Positions 37,751-48,324 of a stretch of DNA of 64,000 nt are shown here, one piece after another. Each line of letters opens with the position of its first letter. The first letter of the stretch is position 1. The stretch comes from Verrucomicrobiota bacterium (GTDB lineage Bacteria; Verrucomicrobiota; Verrucomicrobiia; Limisphaerales; SXQI01), in NCBI GenBank assembly GCA_033762115.1, contig JANRLX010000134.1, positions 1 to 64,000 of the forward strand, read 5' to 3'. Below the pieces are notes generated by a model. The model was not told the DNA's origin. It searched no databases and was given only the letters and a program-made list of their open reading frames with translations. A program made the translations under genes and the position numbers.

Positions 37751-39727
37751 TTAGTTCTCCCTCCTTTGCAGGGGTGAAGGCAGGACCGCAATTTGGTCCC
37801 GTTTCAATGGCGCTGTCCCGGACTCGATTTTTTGCAGCGTTTTGTAAATTTCCCGCGCCATGGGTGCGCAGGTTCCACCGCCGGAACTGCCACTCTCAAT
37901 CATCACCACCACCGCGTAGCGCGGCGCTTCAAACGGGGCGAACGAAGCAAACCAGGTGATATGGTCCATTCCTTTGGCCACCCGCACCTGGGCCGTGCCG
38001 GTTTTTCCACAAACATTCATTCCCGGCACATAGGCTTTTTCACCTGTGCCTCCTTTTTCCTCGACGTCTGCAAGCATCGCTGCCCGAACAATATCCAAGT
38101 TTGCCTTGCTGACTTGAAGATCGTTGACCACCTCGCTCGGAAATTTTTTCACCGTTGTCTGTTGTCCCTCATCCAGAAGCGCAGTGACCAATCGTGGCTT
38201 GAAAACTTTTCCCCCGTTTGCAATTGCGGCGGTCATCACCGCCACCTGGATTGGGGTCAATGTCAATTCTCCCTGCCCAATGCAAAGGTTTGCCGTGTCC
38301 CCATCAAGCCAGCGTGAACCATCTTTTTTATATTTTTGCCCTACCGCGGGGAAATAACCTGCTTGCTCCTGGCGAGGGCTTAAAGCCCCGGTCTTCTCTC
38401 CCAGATGAAAACGATTACCCATCTCAATGATTTTCTGCGGTCCGGCCCTCAAGCCATACTCGATGAAGTAAAAGTTGCTCGATTTTTTGAACGCGTTCTT
38501 GAAATTATAATTTCCCGGCGGCGCAAGGTCATCAATCCTTCGGCGACCCAGTTGATAATAACCGGGAGCGAAAATCTCCTGCATGGGATCCACGAGATCA
38601 GCTTCGAGAAAGGCAAGGCCCGTCACAATTTTGAAAACAGACCCCGGTGCGTAAGCTCCGTGCGTGGCGCGGTTCAGCTGCGGTTTTAGCTTAGGATCAT
38701 TGATTTCGGCCCATGCTTCATGGCTGATCCCATAAAGAAACTGGTTCGGGTCAAAGGTTGGCGATGAGGCCATTGCCAGGATGTCGCCATTGCGAACGTC
38801 CAGGACCACCGCTGCGCCTCGGGTATTGGCGCCAGTGCTTCGCAAGGCCGCTTCTGCGGTTTTCTGCACATTGATATCGAGGGTCAAGGCGAGGTTCAAT
38901 CCCGGTTCCGGATCAGACCAGATTTCCTCCTTATGCCGATAACCGAGATTGTTCACGAGGATTGAACGGTATCCAGGAGTTCCGCGAAGCTCCGCATCGA
39001 ACATTGCTTCCAGCCCGGCCTTGCCAACGAGGTCCGGAATTTTGTCTTCAAACGCGATCTCTTCATCCGTTTCATGGATAATCTCACGCTGCACATACCC
39101 GAGCAGATGGACCGCAAGGCTTTCATTCGGATAATGCCGAACGGGCTGGACTTCCAGTTGCACGCCTGGATTTTCTCCGCCCCGTTCCATGAATAATGCC
39201 ACCTGTTCCGGGGTGAGGTTCGCCAGCACAGGCAGCGGCAAGGCGAGACTTTCATTGTAATGCCGGGAAAATGCCCTCGCCTGCAACACCAGCGGCTGCG
39301 GCAGGATCATCGAACTGACCTGCCAGACGATATTGCTCACCACTTGATAACGAACATCCGCGCTGAGTCGAGAACGATCTGCCCGTGTCAGCTTGCCCCC
39401 CTTTTCGGCGAGGAAAGTGGCATTGGTCACGGTATGGTTATATTGCTGGCGAAAAATGGAGCGTAAATCCTCCAGGTAAAGATTTACGACAAATCGGGGC
39501 TGGTTTTCGGCGAGAAGCTCCCCGTTGCGGTCGAGAATTTTTCCACGGGCGGAAGGCACCCGCACTTTGCGAAATGCCTGCACTTTCAGATCCTGTTCAT
39601 ATTCCTTCCGCGCAAATACCTGCACCTGCCAGAGGCCGCCTAACAGGATCAGCAAACCGAAAAGCACACCGACTGCGATCCAGCGCAGTTTGCGATCTTC
39701 TTTTCTCAATTGGTCAAAAACCAACAT
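37751..39727 (-). CDS. mrdA: Penicillin-binding protein 2
   Basis: RGKILDRNG, SVFK (SxxK), SSN (SxN), KTGT. Confidence 0.95.
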   Translation of the reverse strand: MLVFDQLRKEDRKLRWIAVGVLFGLLILLGGLWQVQVFARKEYEQDLKVQAFRKVRVPSARGKILDRNGELLAENQPRFVVNLYLEDLRSIFRQQYNHTVTNATFLAEKGGKLTRADRSRLSADVRYQVVSNIVWQVSSMILPQPLVLQARAFSRHYNESLALPLPVLANLTPEQVALFMERGGENPGVQLEVQPVRHYPNESLAVHLLGYVQREIIHETDEEIAFEDKIPDLVGKAGLEAMFDAELRGTPGYRSILVNNLGYRHKEEIWSDPEPGLNLALTLDINVQKTAEAALRSTGANTRGAAVVLDVRNGDILAMASSPTFDPNQFLYGISHEAWAEINDPKLKPQLNRATHGAYAPGSVFKIVTGLAFLEADLVDPMQEIFAPGYYQLGRRRIDDLAPPGNYNFKNAFKKSSNFYFIEYGLRAGPQKIIEMGNRFHLGEKTGALSPRQEQAGYFPAVGQKYKKDGSRWLDGDTANLCIGQGELTLTPIQVAVMTAAIANGGKVFKPRLVTALLDEGQQTTVKKFPSEVVNDLQVSKANLDIVRAAMLADVEEKGGTGEKAYVPGMNVCGKTGTAQVRVAKGMDHITWFASFAPFEAPRYAVVVMIESGSSGGGTCAPMAREIYKTLQKIESGTAPLKRDQIAVLPSPLQRREN

Positions 39728-40302
39728 TATTTTCCACGTTCAATTTCCCGGTCCGGGCGAAAGGCAGATTCCGGTACCGACGGATACATTAGCGCGTTAT
39801 CCAGCTTTCCAAAAATGTAAAACCACACCGGAGTAAACAGTCCCCCGATGAGCGCCATCACCGCCAGTTGCCAGAGTGAATACCAGCCGATTCCGGGGGG
39901 CTTTCCCAATCCAACCAGAAGAAGGTAAATCACAATGGGAGCAAAAATGCTGGCGGCGAGTCCCAGCACATATTGCGGATAGGTCTGGTCCCGCAGCAAC
40001 AGGTCACGGTTATGCAACACCAGCATCCCGATCAGGACCAAAGGCAAAACGCTTGTCCCCAGGGGGTTCGCTGAAGTGCTGTCATACAGCACTCCGGAAA
40101 CTGTTCCCACTGCCAGCACAGTGTTGAATCCATAACTCATTCCCACGTAAACCATTAACGAGGGAAGCAAATCGAACTGGGCGCCGGTCAGATTCCGTAC
40201 CACGTCCAGGGTGGATTCCATAAACACGGTCAGGTAGGCAGCGACAAGGAGGGCTGCTATGTTCAGCCAGGTCGTTTCACGTTGAGATTCAGGAAAAAAC
40301 AT
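39727..40302 (-). CDS. mreD: Rod shape-determining protein MreD
   Basis: Hydrophobic protein between mreC and mrdA; GVLYDS...PLG motif. Confidence 0.8.
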   Translation of the reverse strand: MFFPESQRETTWLNIAALLVAAYLTVFMESTLDVVRNLTGAQFDLLPSLMVYVGMSYGFNTVLAVGTVSGVLYDSTSANPLGTSVLPLVLIGMLVLHNRDLLLRDQTYPQYVLGLAASIFAPIVIYLLLVGLGKPPGIGWYSLWQLAVMALIGGLFTPVWFYIFGKLDNALMYPSVPESAFRPDREIERGK

Positions 40303-40307
40303 CAGTT

Positions 40308-41114
40308 TTATGGGAATAAAATCCAGACCTGCTCCAGTTGCTTTAAATTAGCTGCCAGTTTTACTCTCGCTTCGAGATATAACCCATGCCCGACAGTGCT
40401 GATGTCAGCAACGTGGCCAACCAGGATGCCTTTTGGAAAAATCCCTCCCAATCCGCTTGTGACCACACGGTTTCCCGGTTTGGCCTGGCTGTGTCTGGAC
40501 AGGTAAGTCATTTCAATCAACAACTGGTCTGGTATCGCCGCGCCACCTGCCGCGATCACTCCGGTGTCCCGGGTTTCTTCGACGATTGACGCCACCCGGC
40601 AGGTTGGATCGCCAAGCAAAACTACGCGCGAACTGGTAAAACCGACTTCTTCGACTCGCCCGACCAATCCCTCCGAAGTCATCACCGCCAGGTTCGTCAC
40701 CACACCGTCCCTGCTTCCCAGATCAATCTGAATGGTGCGCCACCAATTTGCAGGATCACGTGAAACCACTGCAGCCAGACGCACTTTCCAACCGCGTTGC
40801 TGTTGCCATTTCAATGCCTGCCGCAATTGATTGTTCTCCTGCCAGATCTGGTTGTTCTGCATGAGTTGAAGTTTCAGGCGTTGGTTTTCCTTGCGGAGTT
40901 CCTCCAGTTCCCGCACGAGGACACGGCGGGGCACCACGCTGTTGCCGGCATTCTCAGCCAGCTTCTGGGTGGAATTGGCAAAGCCAAACAAGGGAAGAAA
41001 GAGGCTGCCAAGGGCGAGTTTGACCTGGGTGGTCGTCTGGCTGGGAAGATTCAGAAAAATCAACACCAGCAGGATCACCGAGGACAAGGCAATAATATGG
41101 GCCCGTTTCAGCAT
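40308..41114 (-). CDS. mreC: Rod shape-determining protein MreC
   Basis: TM + coiled coil, IDLGSRDGV, GLVGRV, VTSGLGGIFPKGI. Confidence 0.93.
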   Translation of the reverse strand: MLKRAHIIALSSVILLVLIFLNLPSQTTTQVKLALGSLFLPLFGFANSTQKLAENAGNSVVPRRVLVRELEELRKENQRLKLQLMQNNQIWQENNQLRQALKWQQQRGWKVRLAAVVSRDPANWWRTIQIDLGSRDGVVTNLAVMTSEGLVGRVEEVGFTSSRVVLLGDPTCRVASIVEETRDTGVIAAGGAAIPDQLLIEMTYLSRHSQAKPGNRVVTSGLGGIFPKGILVGHVADISTVGHGLYLEARVKLAANLKQLEQVWILFP

Positions 41115-41143
41115 GTTTACCCTGCGGGCAAACGCATGTCAGC

Positions 41144-42178
41144 CTAGGTCCTGCTGGAAGAAGCCACCCGACGCAAAAAGGAGAGTTCCTGAAGCACTCT
41201 GCCAGTGCCTTCCGCAACCGCCGTCAGCGGATCATCGGCAATATGGACAGGCAGGCCGGTCTCTTCCGCCACCAGGCGGTCGATTCCACGCAATAATGCG
41301 CCTCCACCCGCCATGACAATTCCACGATCCACAAGATCGGCGGAAAGTTCAGGAGGGCAGCGTTCCAGGGTGATCCGGACCGATTCGAGAATGCTGGTCA
41401 ATGGTTCTTTGAGCGCTTCGCGAACTTCTTCGGACCGAACTGTCAACGTTTTGGGAAGCCCGGCGCTCAAATCACGCCCTTTGACTTCCATGGTCAATTC
41501 TTGTTCCAGAGGATAAGCTGAACCAATGCGGATTTTGATCTCTTCCGCAGTGCGTTCACCAATCATTAAATTATAGGCGCGTTTCATGTGCGCCACGATC
41601 GTTTCGTCAAATTCATCCCCGCCAACTCTCAAGCTGCGGCTGAACACAATACCGGCCAGGGAGATGATCGCTATCTCACAGGTGCCACCCCCAATATCCA
41701 CAATCATGTTCCCGGCAGGTTCATGAACCGGCAGGCCAACGCCGATGGCGGAAGCCATCGGTTGTTCTATCAAATAAACTTCGCGCGCCCCGGCATGAGT
41801 GGCGGAATCCTTGACCGCGCGCTTTTCAACTTCGGTAATCCCGGAAGGCACAGCGACCACCACACGGGGAGCGATCAGTTTGCGGTGGTGGACCTTTTGG
41901 ATGAAATGGCGAAGCATCGCCTCAGTGATTTCAAAATCCGCGATCACGCCATCCTTCATGGGGCGAATGGCCACAATATTTCCCGGGGTGCGCCCGAGCA
42001 TTCGCTTGGCTTCATCCCCCACCGCGAGGACATTTGTGGTGCCTGCCTGAATGGCGACCACCGAGGGTTCACGCAGGACAATTCCCTGGTCGCGGACGTA
42101 AACGAGGGAGTTGGCAGTGCCGAGGTCTATCCCGATATCGTTGGAAAACAGACCTTTAAGTTGTGCTAACATGAACAA
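41144..42178 (-). CDS. mreB: Actin-like rod shape-determining protein
   Basis: [29 protein letters not shown]. Confidence 0.98.
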   Translation of the reverse strand: MFMLAQLKGLFSNDIGIDLGTANSLVYVRDQGIVLREPSVVAIQAGTTNVLAVGDEAKRMLGRTPGNIVAIRPMKDGVIADFEITEAMLRHFIQKVHHRKLIAPRVVVAVPSGITEVEKRAVKDSATHAGAREVYLIEQPMASAIGVGLPVHEPAGNMIVDIGGGTCEIAIISLAGIVFSRSLRVGGDEFDETIVAHMKRAYNLMIGERTAEEIKIRIGSAYPLEQELTMEVKGRDLSAGLPKTLTVRSEEVREALKEPLTSILESVRITLERCPPELSADLVDRGIVMAGGGALLRGIDRLVAEETGLPVHIADDPLTAVAEGTGRVLQELSFLRRVASSSRT

Positions 42179-42281
42179 TGCTTCAACACGTTTTCCAATT
42201 AGGGGCGCAATCAGGGGTCAAGGTCAAGCGGATAACGTGCCAACGATAAAAATGGACCGATTATGACGGGTTCAGTACATG

Positions 42282-42305
42282 AAAAAGCCCGCCGAAGCGG
42301 GCTTT
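42282..42305 (-). terminator. Intrinsic terminator after the second prepilin-domain gene
   Basis: AAAGCCCGC-CGAA-GCGGGCTTT; on the minus strand a TTCG loop plus T tract. Confidence 0.8.
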
Positions 42306-42321
42306 GGAGAGAAAGGTCAAA

Positions 42322-43176
42322 TCAGGTGCCCTTTGCTCGGGTGCTTTGTGATTTTAGCTTGATATAATCGTTTCCTACGGCGTTTCTCCTTCCAGGATAA
42401 GCTTTCTTAATATCAGGCCCTACAACTGCTGGATCTTTCCATTTTCTGATCTCTGCATGACCATCGGCAAATGACATTCCTCCAGCGTTGTTATGATAAG
42501 AGGCTGGATAATCAACCCAATCAATTCGTGTAGAAGCGGGGTTCGGAGAGCCAGGAGCTTGAACCACAAACCACCCATCATTAATGCTAAATGGATTTTC
42601 ATCGATTGTGACCCAACAGTCGGAAGGATTTGGCCGGGTGAAATCGGACTGCTTTTTGAAAGCAACCCCGGGAGTTTCAGTCCATTCATTGATCGGATTC
42701 ATCCAGGCATTCATCGACATGCTGCGGACAGTTGGATTGCCTCTGGTATCCGCTTTTTTATCTGCGGGGCATTTATAAACTTGCATTGAATTAATAAAGG
42801 GATAGAGGAGGCCAGCCTTAACCAACGCTTGATTCGTCATCATGGGAGATGAATCAATGCTGCCAAACACCCAATTGGCCAGGGCGCGATTTGCCTTTGC
42901 TGCGATTGCGGCTGCCTCAGTGTTGACGATCACATCCATGCCCCCAGTCCGAACAATTTGTTCATTGTTGTCGGTCGAATAAATTGACCATCCGAGTTGC
43001 AGTTGCTTGAGATTGTTCATGCACCCGATACCCTGCGCTTTGGTTTTTGCTTTGGAGAGGGCAGGGAGGAGCATACTCGCAAGGATGGCGATAATGGCGA
43101 TCACCACGAGCAACTCGATCAAGGTAAACCCGGCGAATTTCCGGGAAACGGGTTTTCGAGATAATTTCATATTCAA
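42322..43176 (-). CDS. Prepilin-type N-terminal cleavage/methylation protein with H-X9-DG motif
   Basis: [43 protein letters not shown]. Confidence 0.92.
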   Translation of the reverse strand: MNMKLSRKPVSRKFAGFTLIELLVVIAIIAILASMLLPALSKAKTKAQGIGCMNNLKQLQLGWSIYSTDNNEQIVRTGGMDVIVNTEAAAIAAKANRALANWVFGSIDSSPMMTNQALVKAGLLYPFINSMQVYKCPADKKADTRGNPTVRSMSMNAWMNPINEWTETPGVAFKKQSDFTRPNPSDCWVTIDENPFSINDGWFVVQAPGSPNPASTRIDWVDYPASYHNNAGGMSFADGHAEIRKWKDPAVVGPDIKKAYPGRRNAVGNDYIKLKSQSTRAKGT

Positions 43177-43370
43177 ATGGTCTTGTATTCGGGCTGAAGA
43201 ACCAGCTTATCTGAACAGTTGTCTCTGTCAAATCATGATTGATCCAACTTAACCCGTGCTTTGCAGAAACTTATTGTAAAAGGGGGAAGGTGTGAAGTGT
43301 GCGTCTTAATGCACAGGTCGCAATCAATAATGGTGGTTTACGGATTCGGGTTCCTCGAATTTAATCGGGC

Positions 43371-44801
43371 ATGCTGATCCCGGCAGATGACCATGATGTT
43401 CGCTTGATCGAGAATGTTCATCCCTCCAATTATCTCCAACCAGTTCCTGCGGACCGTTATCATTTGGTGGTGCTGGGGGGAGGGAGTGCGGGGCTGGTTT
43501 GCGCCGCTGCGGCTGCAGGCCTGGGGGCAAAGGTCGCATTAGTCGAAAAAAGCTTGATGGGAGGCGATTGCCTGAATTTCGGGTGTGTCCCTTCCAAAGC
43601 GCTGATTGCGGTGTCGAAAAGCTGGCATAAAACCTCCGATTTTGCTGAAGCGATGAGGAGAGTAAGGCAACTGAGGGCAGAGATCAGCCCGGATGATTCG
43701 GTGGATCGGTTCAAGCGGCTGGGTGTGGATATATTCCTGGGCAAAGGGCGATTTCTTGACGCTCACAGCCTGGGAATCAATGGGTTACGGGTGCGGTTCC
43801 GAAAAGCGGTGATCGCCACCGGCACAAGACCTCGTATTCCTGAAGTGGCCGGGTTGAAAGAGGCTGGGTTCCTCACCAATGAAACCATCTTCCAGATCAA
43901 GGCGCTTCCAAAGAGGCTGGCCATCCTGGGAGGAGGTCCTGTGGGGTGTGAATTAGGACAGGCATTTCAACGAATGGGAGCGGAGGTGAGTATCCTCCAA
44001 CGTGGGAACAGGTTGCTCCCACATGAGGATCCAGAGGCTTCAGGTGTTCTATATCAACAACTTATAAAAGATGGTGTGATGGTCAGACTGGGATGCCTGC
44101 TGGAACAAGTGGGAATAAGTGGGAATTCCCGCAGGTTGCTTTTCCGGACTGAGGGGAGGACCGAGCGGCTTGAAGTCGAGGAAATTTTAGTGGCGGCAGG
44201 GCGGGAGGCCAACATTCATGAGATCGGTCTGGCGGAAGCCGGAGTCGAAAGTTCAGAGGAGGGAATCGTGGTCAACGACTTTCTGCAAACGAGCAACCCG
44301 GATATTTATGCCGCGGGGGATGTCTGCCTGAAACAGAAGTTTACCCATGCAGCGGATGCGGCAGCCCGGATCGTGGTGCAGAACGCCTTGTTTGCCGGTC
44401 GAAAGCGGATGAGCCGGGTGGTGGTGCCCTGGTGCACTTATACCAGCCCGGAAATTGCCGGTGTGGGGAGGATGACCGGCACGATTTTTCAAAAAAATCT
44501 TTCTGAAGTGCACCGGGCCAGACTGGAAGGGGAAGTCGACGGGTTCATTAAAATCTGCGTGGCGGAAAAAGGGGATAAAATTCTCGGCGCAACGATTGTG
44601 GCGCCGCATGCGGGGGAAATGATCAATGAAATCACCCTTGCGATGCAGCAAGGGATCGGCTTGAGCAAATTATCCGGCGTGGTGCATCCATACCCGTCCT
44701 ACAGTGAAGCGATCCGACAGGTGGGAGATGCGTATCAACGAACCAAATTGACCCCCGGCATCAAAAAAATTCTCGAGGGCTGGTTCAAATGGGTACGGTA
44801 G
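43371..44801 (+). CDS. FAD-dependent pyridine nucleotide-disulfide oxidoreductase (MerA/Lpd-like)
   Basis: GGGSAG, GGDCLNFGCVPSK, GGGPVGCE, HPYPS; no C-terminal Cys pair. Confidence 0.88.
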   Translation: MLIPADDHDVRLIENVHPSNYLQPVPADRYHLVVLGGGSAGLVCAAAAAGLGAKVALVEKSLMGGDCLNFGCVPSKALIAVSKSWHKTSDFAEAMRRVRQLRAEISPDDSVDRFKRLGVDIFLGKGRFLDAHSLGINGLRVRFRKAVIATGTRPRIPEVAGLKEAGFLTNETIFQIKALPKRLAILGGGPVGCELGQAFQRMGAEVSILQRGNRLLPHEDPEASGVLYQQLIKDGVMVRLGCLLEQVGISGNSRRLLFRTEGRTERLEVEEILVAAGREANIHEIGLAEAGVESSEEGIVVNDFLQTSNPDIYAAGDVCLKQKFTHAADAAARIVVQNALFAGRKRMSRVVVPWCTYTSPEIAGVGRMTGTIFQKNLSEVHRARLEGEVDGFIKICVAEKGDKILGATIVAPHAGEMINEITLAMQQGIGLSKLSGVVHPYPSYSEAIRQVGDAYQRTKLTPGIKKILEGWFKWVR

Positions 44802-44823
44802 CCTTTGCAAAGGGGCCACTAGA

Positions 44824-46575
44824 TCAATGGCGTTTTGCCTTGAGAAGTTTTTTTAGCTGCTCCAGTGGGAGGGTGTTGATGACATCTTCGCGGGTGAGCC
44901 AGCCTTTTCGGGCGAGGCCAGCGCCGAGGCGGAGGAAGCCGGTGTGTTCCAGGCGATGCGCATCGCAGTTAATCACACATTTGACTCCTTTGCTTTTGGC
45001 GTACTGCCAAAGGCGCCAATCCATGTCGAGGCGGTTGGGGGAAGCGTTGAGTTCAATCCATGTGCCGGTTTCAGCGCAAGCGTCAATGACGGCATGGTGG
45101 TTGACCTTGCAGGCTTCCCGTTCGAGGAGGAGACGTCCTGTAAGATGGCCGAGCATCTGGACATATTTATTTTCAGCGGCGCGAATCAATCGCCGGGTCA
45201 TGTCCGATTCGGACTGGGTAAAGCTGCTGTGAACACTGGCAACGACCACTTCCAACTCACTTAAGAGTTGATCATCAAAATCCAATCGCCCATCAGGCAG
45301 GATATCGACTTCAGATCCGGTGAGGAGACGGAACTCGCTGCCGGCATTTTCCAGTTCGCGGTTGATCCTGTTGATCTCGATGAGTTGTTCCCGGAGCCGT
45401 TCCGGTTGCAAACCGCGAGCCTGCACGGAAGATTTGGAATGGTCGGTGATGGCCCAATAAGAAAGGCCAACCCCCTGCATGAAAGCCACGATTTCCTCGA
45501 GCGTGGAACGGCCATCACTCCAGGTGGAATGGTTATGGAGGGAGCCTTTCAGGTCAGTCCATTGGAGAAGGCGGGGAATTTCTCCCTTTTCGGCAACGTC
45601 GAATTCACCCATGTCCTCCCGAAGTTCAGGAGGGATATAGGCAAGCTCCAGGGCATCAAAAATCTGCTCTTCGGTGGAGCAGCGGACAAGCAGGGCAGGG
45701 TCGCGCGTTTCTTCTGTGGAGCGAAACAAGCCATACTCGTTGAGACGCAAACCGCGCTGGATGGCGCGCTGGCGCATGACAATGTTGTGTTCCTTGCTGC
45801 CGGTGAAGTAAGCAAGGGCAAAAGGGAATTCAGCATCCGCGACGACGCGAAGGTCCGCCTGGATGCCACCCTCAATGACCACACTGGCCTTGGTGTCTCC
45901 CCTGGCATTAACGCAAATGACCGAGGGCAATGCGCAGAAAAAGTCGATGACATTGAGGGGTGATTTGCTGGAGGCGAGAAAATCAATATCGCCAATCACC
46001 TCCCTGGAGCGGCGCAAACTGCCTGCCACGCTGCACCGAATCACGGCCGGATGTGCGCGCAGGCCATCCAGAATGGGCTCGGCAGCCAGGGTGGCGCGAC
46101 TGAGCAGATGCCTGGCAGCATAAGCGCAGCGGAATTGAATTCCCTCGAGAATTTTGCTCTGTGTTTTTTCACCGAAACCATCCAGCACAGCAACCCGCCC
46201 TTCCTTGCAGGCGGCCTCCAATTGAGAAACGTCAGAAATATTTAATTTTTCGTAGAGAACCTTGACCTTTTTTGGGCCCAGGCCGGGAATTTGCATCACC
46301 TCGAACAACCCGGGAGGGAATGAGGCTTTCAACTCCTCGTAATAGGCAAGTTTGCCCGTGGTGACGAGTTCGGTGATTTTTTGAAGCAGCGCAGTGCCGA
46401 TCCCCTTGATCTCTCCCAGGCGTTTTTCGGCAATGATCCGATCAAGGGGTTCGGACAAGGTTTCAATTGTGCGCGCAGCCGAGACATAAGCCTTGGACTT
46501 GAAAGGATTTTCCCCTTTTAAATCCAGCAACATTCCAATCTCGGTAAGAATTGCGGCAACCTGCTCTCGATCCAT
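44824..46575 (-). CDS. polX: DNA polymerase X / PHP 3'-5' exonuclease
   Basis: ENPFK, HhH GLGPKK, GSLRR..IGDID, ADLRV, YFTGSKEHN; PHP motifs HNHS, TDHS, CDAH. Confidence 0.95.
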   Translation of the reverse strand: MDREQVAAILTEIGMLLDLKGENPFKSKAYVSAARTIETLSEPLDRIIAEKRLGEIKGIGTALLQKITELVTTGKLAYYEELKASFPPGLFEVMQIPGLGPKKVKVLYEKLNISDVSQLEAACKEGRVAVLDGFGEKTQSKILEGIQFRCAYAARHLLSRATLAAEPILDGLRAHPAVIRCSVAGSLRRSREVIGDIDFLASSKSPLNVIDFFCALPSVICVNARGDTKASVVIEGGIQADLRVVADAEFPFALAYFTGSKEHNIVMRQRAIQRGLRLNEYGLFRSTEETRDPALLVRCSTEEQIFDALELAYIPPELREDMGEFDVAEKGEIPRLLQWTDLKGSLHNHSTWSDGRSTLEEIVAFMQGVGLSYWAITDHSKSSVQARGLQPERLREQLIEINRINRELENAGSEFRLLTGSEVDILPDGRLDFDDQLLSELEVVVASVHSSFTQSESDMTRRLIRAAENKYVQMLGHLTGRLLLEREACKVNHHAVIDACAETGTWIELNASPNRLDMDWRLWQYAKSKGVKCVINCDAHRLEHTGFLRLGAGLARKGWLTREDVINTLPLEQLKKLLKAKRH

Positions 46576-46615
46576 GGGACAAAGGTTCAGCAGTATGAAA
46601 AAAGTTCAATCAGAA

Positions 46616-47143
46616 TCAGTTCGGAGAGTTCTGAGGTTTGTTTGTCTGACCTGCGATTTTTGACAGCTGCGCGTTGGCCTTGTTGAAATCCTCCACGAGC
46701 GAGTTGTACTTTTCGGCGAGGGAATTGTACTTGAGGACGGAGTCATTTCGTTCCGATGCCAGGCGGGTGAGTTGATCATTGGCTGACCTGATCTGTTCAT
46801 CCCGTTTGTTGATCGCTTCTGACCAATCGGCAATGCTGGATTTCAATTGATCACGTTCTGTTTCCAGTTCGAGAATGTTCCGCTCCAGGACCGATTTGGT
46901 TTTTCGAATTTCAGCAAGTTCCTCGTGTGATTTCATGAACTGATCCTTAACGGTCTGAAGATCAGACTTCTGCCCTTCGATCATCTTTTCCAAATCACGA
47001 TTTTGTTGCTGAAGCTGGAGAAGGTGTTTCTCCTGTTCGATGGCCTGGAGATTGAGGCGGCGGTTCACCTGCCATTGAAAAACGCATAATCCGGCAAGGA
47101 CCAGGATGCCTAAAAAGTTCAGGGTATTAAGCGCCTTGCTCAT
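46616..47143 (-). CDS. Membrane-anchored coiled-coil protein
   Basis: N-terminal TM then ~130 aa heptad-rich region; 4-nt overlap with exbD. Confidence 0.7.
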   Translation of the reverse strand: MSKALNTLNFLGILVLAGLCVFQWQVNRRLNLQAIEQEKHLLQLQQQNRDLEKMIEGQKSDLQTVKDQFMKSHEELAEIRKTKSVLERNILELETERDQLKSSIADWSEAINKRDEQIRSANDQLTRLASERNDSVLKYNSLAEKYNSLVEDFNKANAQLSKIAGQTNKPQNSPN

Positions 47144-47571
47144 TCAGTGGCTCGCTCCGGACGAATTTCAAACGCCACCTTTTCAATCCCGCAGGAGCGC
47201 ACGAGGTCCAGCACGCGGATGACATCTCCATGCCGCGCATTTTTATCGCCGCTGATAAAAACGCGCAGGTTCATGTTCGTATTGTGCGCTGCGGAAAGGG
47301 TCTGGAGCAGTTCATTGGGGGCGACGAGAGATTTATTGAGGTAGATTGCTCCATCCTGGTCCACGGTGAGATTGAGGAAATCCTTGACGCTGTCCGCTGT
47401 TGCGGTTGTGGCAGTGGGAAGGTTCACCTTCACGCTTTTCATGTTGACCATGCTCAGGCTGACCAGCATGAAACTTGCGAGAAGGAAAAACATGATGTCG
47501 ATGAGGGGCACGATTTCAATGCGCGCCTCGGCATGTTCCTGCGGCAGTTTTGAGCCTAGTTTAACCGGCAT
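47140..47571 (-). CDS. exbD: Biopolymer transporter ExbD
   Basis: IEIVPLIDIMFFLL, ISGDK..RHGDVIRVLD. Confidence 0.92.
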   Translation of the reverse strand: MPVKLGSKLPQEHAEARIEIVPLIDIMFFLLASFMLVSLSMVNMKSVKVNLPTATTATADSVKDFLNLTVDQDGAIYLNKSLVAPNELLQTLSAAHNTNMNLRVFISGDKNARHGDVIRVLDLVRSCGIEKVAFEIRPERATE

Positions 47572-47573
47572 AA

Positions 47574-48284
47574 TCAGCGCAGGAGAGAGGCTGCGTCCTG
47601 GGTCCGGGCGGCTTTGCCAGCGCGCGCGCGTTCCCTGGCGAATTGCTCCAGGTCATGCCCATGATGCTTTGCGGATTCCACCAGCAACTCCACATGGTTG
47701 ATCGTGCGTTCCAGTTGCGAGCGCAACCTGGCAATCCGCCGGTTGAAATAGTTGTAAGGCAGCAGGCAAAGGATGGCGATCCCCAGGCCGAAGGCCGTGG
47801 CGATCAATGCTTCCGCAATTCCCCCGCTGACCTTTGTAGCCGCCAATTGCTCATCCCCCACGAAATTGAATGAATGCATGATCCCGGTGACCGTTCCCAA
47901 CAAACCGAGCAGAGGAGCCAGCGTGATCAACGTCCCGAGAATCCATTGCAACCGTTCACTTCGTTCCAGTTCCTCGGAAGCGCGGAGTTGCATTGCCCCG
48001 AGAAGCGAGCTGTGGGCATGGAGTATTCCATCATGAATGGTCGCAAGGAAAGGGTTGGAACTGTTGGCTGTCATCTGAAAACTCTTTTCGAAATTTCCAT
48101 CAGCCAGGGCCTCGAACACTTCGTTGAGGGAACCGGTTTGCGTCCTGCGCTGCAAACCCATCCACCAAAGGGACCGCTCCACGACGACGATCAGGCCAAG
48201 CAATGTGGCCACAAGGATCGGCCACATGATCGGGCCGCCCTTTAGAATAAAATCCCAAGCCACATTAGCGAACAACGGTTGCAT
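47574..48284 (-). CDS. exbB: MotA/TolQ/ExbB proton channel protein
   Basis: KGGPIMWPI, APLLGLLGTVTG, GIAEALIATAFGL. Confidence 0.92.
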   Translation of the reverse strand: MQPLFANVAWDFILKGGPIMWPILVATLLGLIVVVERSLWWMGLQRRTQTGSLNEVFEALADGNFEKSFQMTANSSNPFLATIHDGILHAHSSLLGAMQLRASEELERSERLQWILGTLITLAPLLGLLGTVTGIMHSFNFVGDEQLAATKVSGGIAEALIATAFGLGIAILCLLPYNYFNRRIARLRSQLERTINHVELLVESAKHHGHDLEQFARERARAGKAARTQDAASLLR

Positions 48285-48324
48285 GATAATCGATGGAACG
48301 GTTCAGGATGGGAAGAATCTCGAA

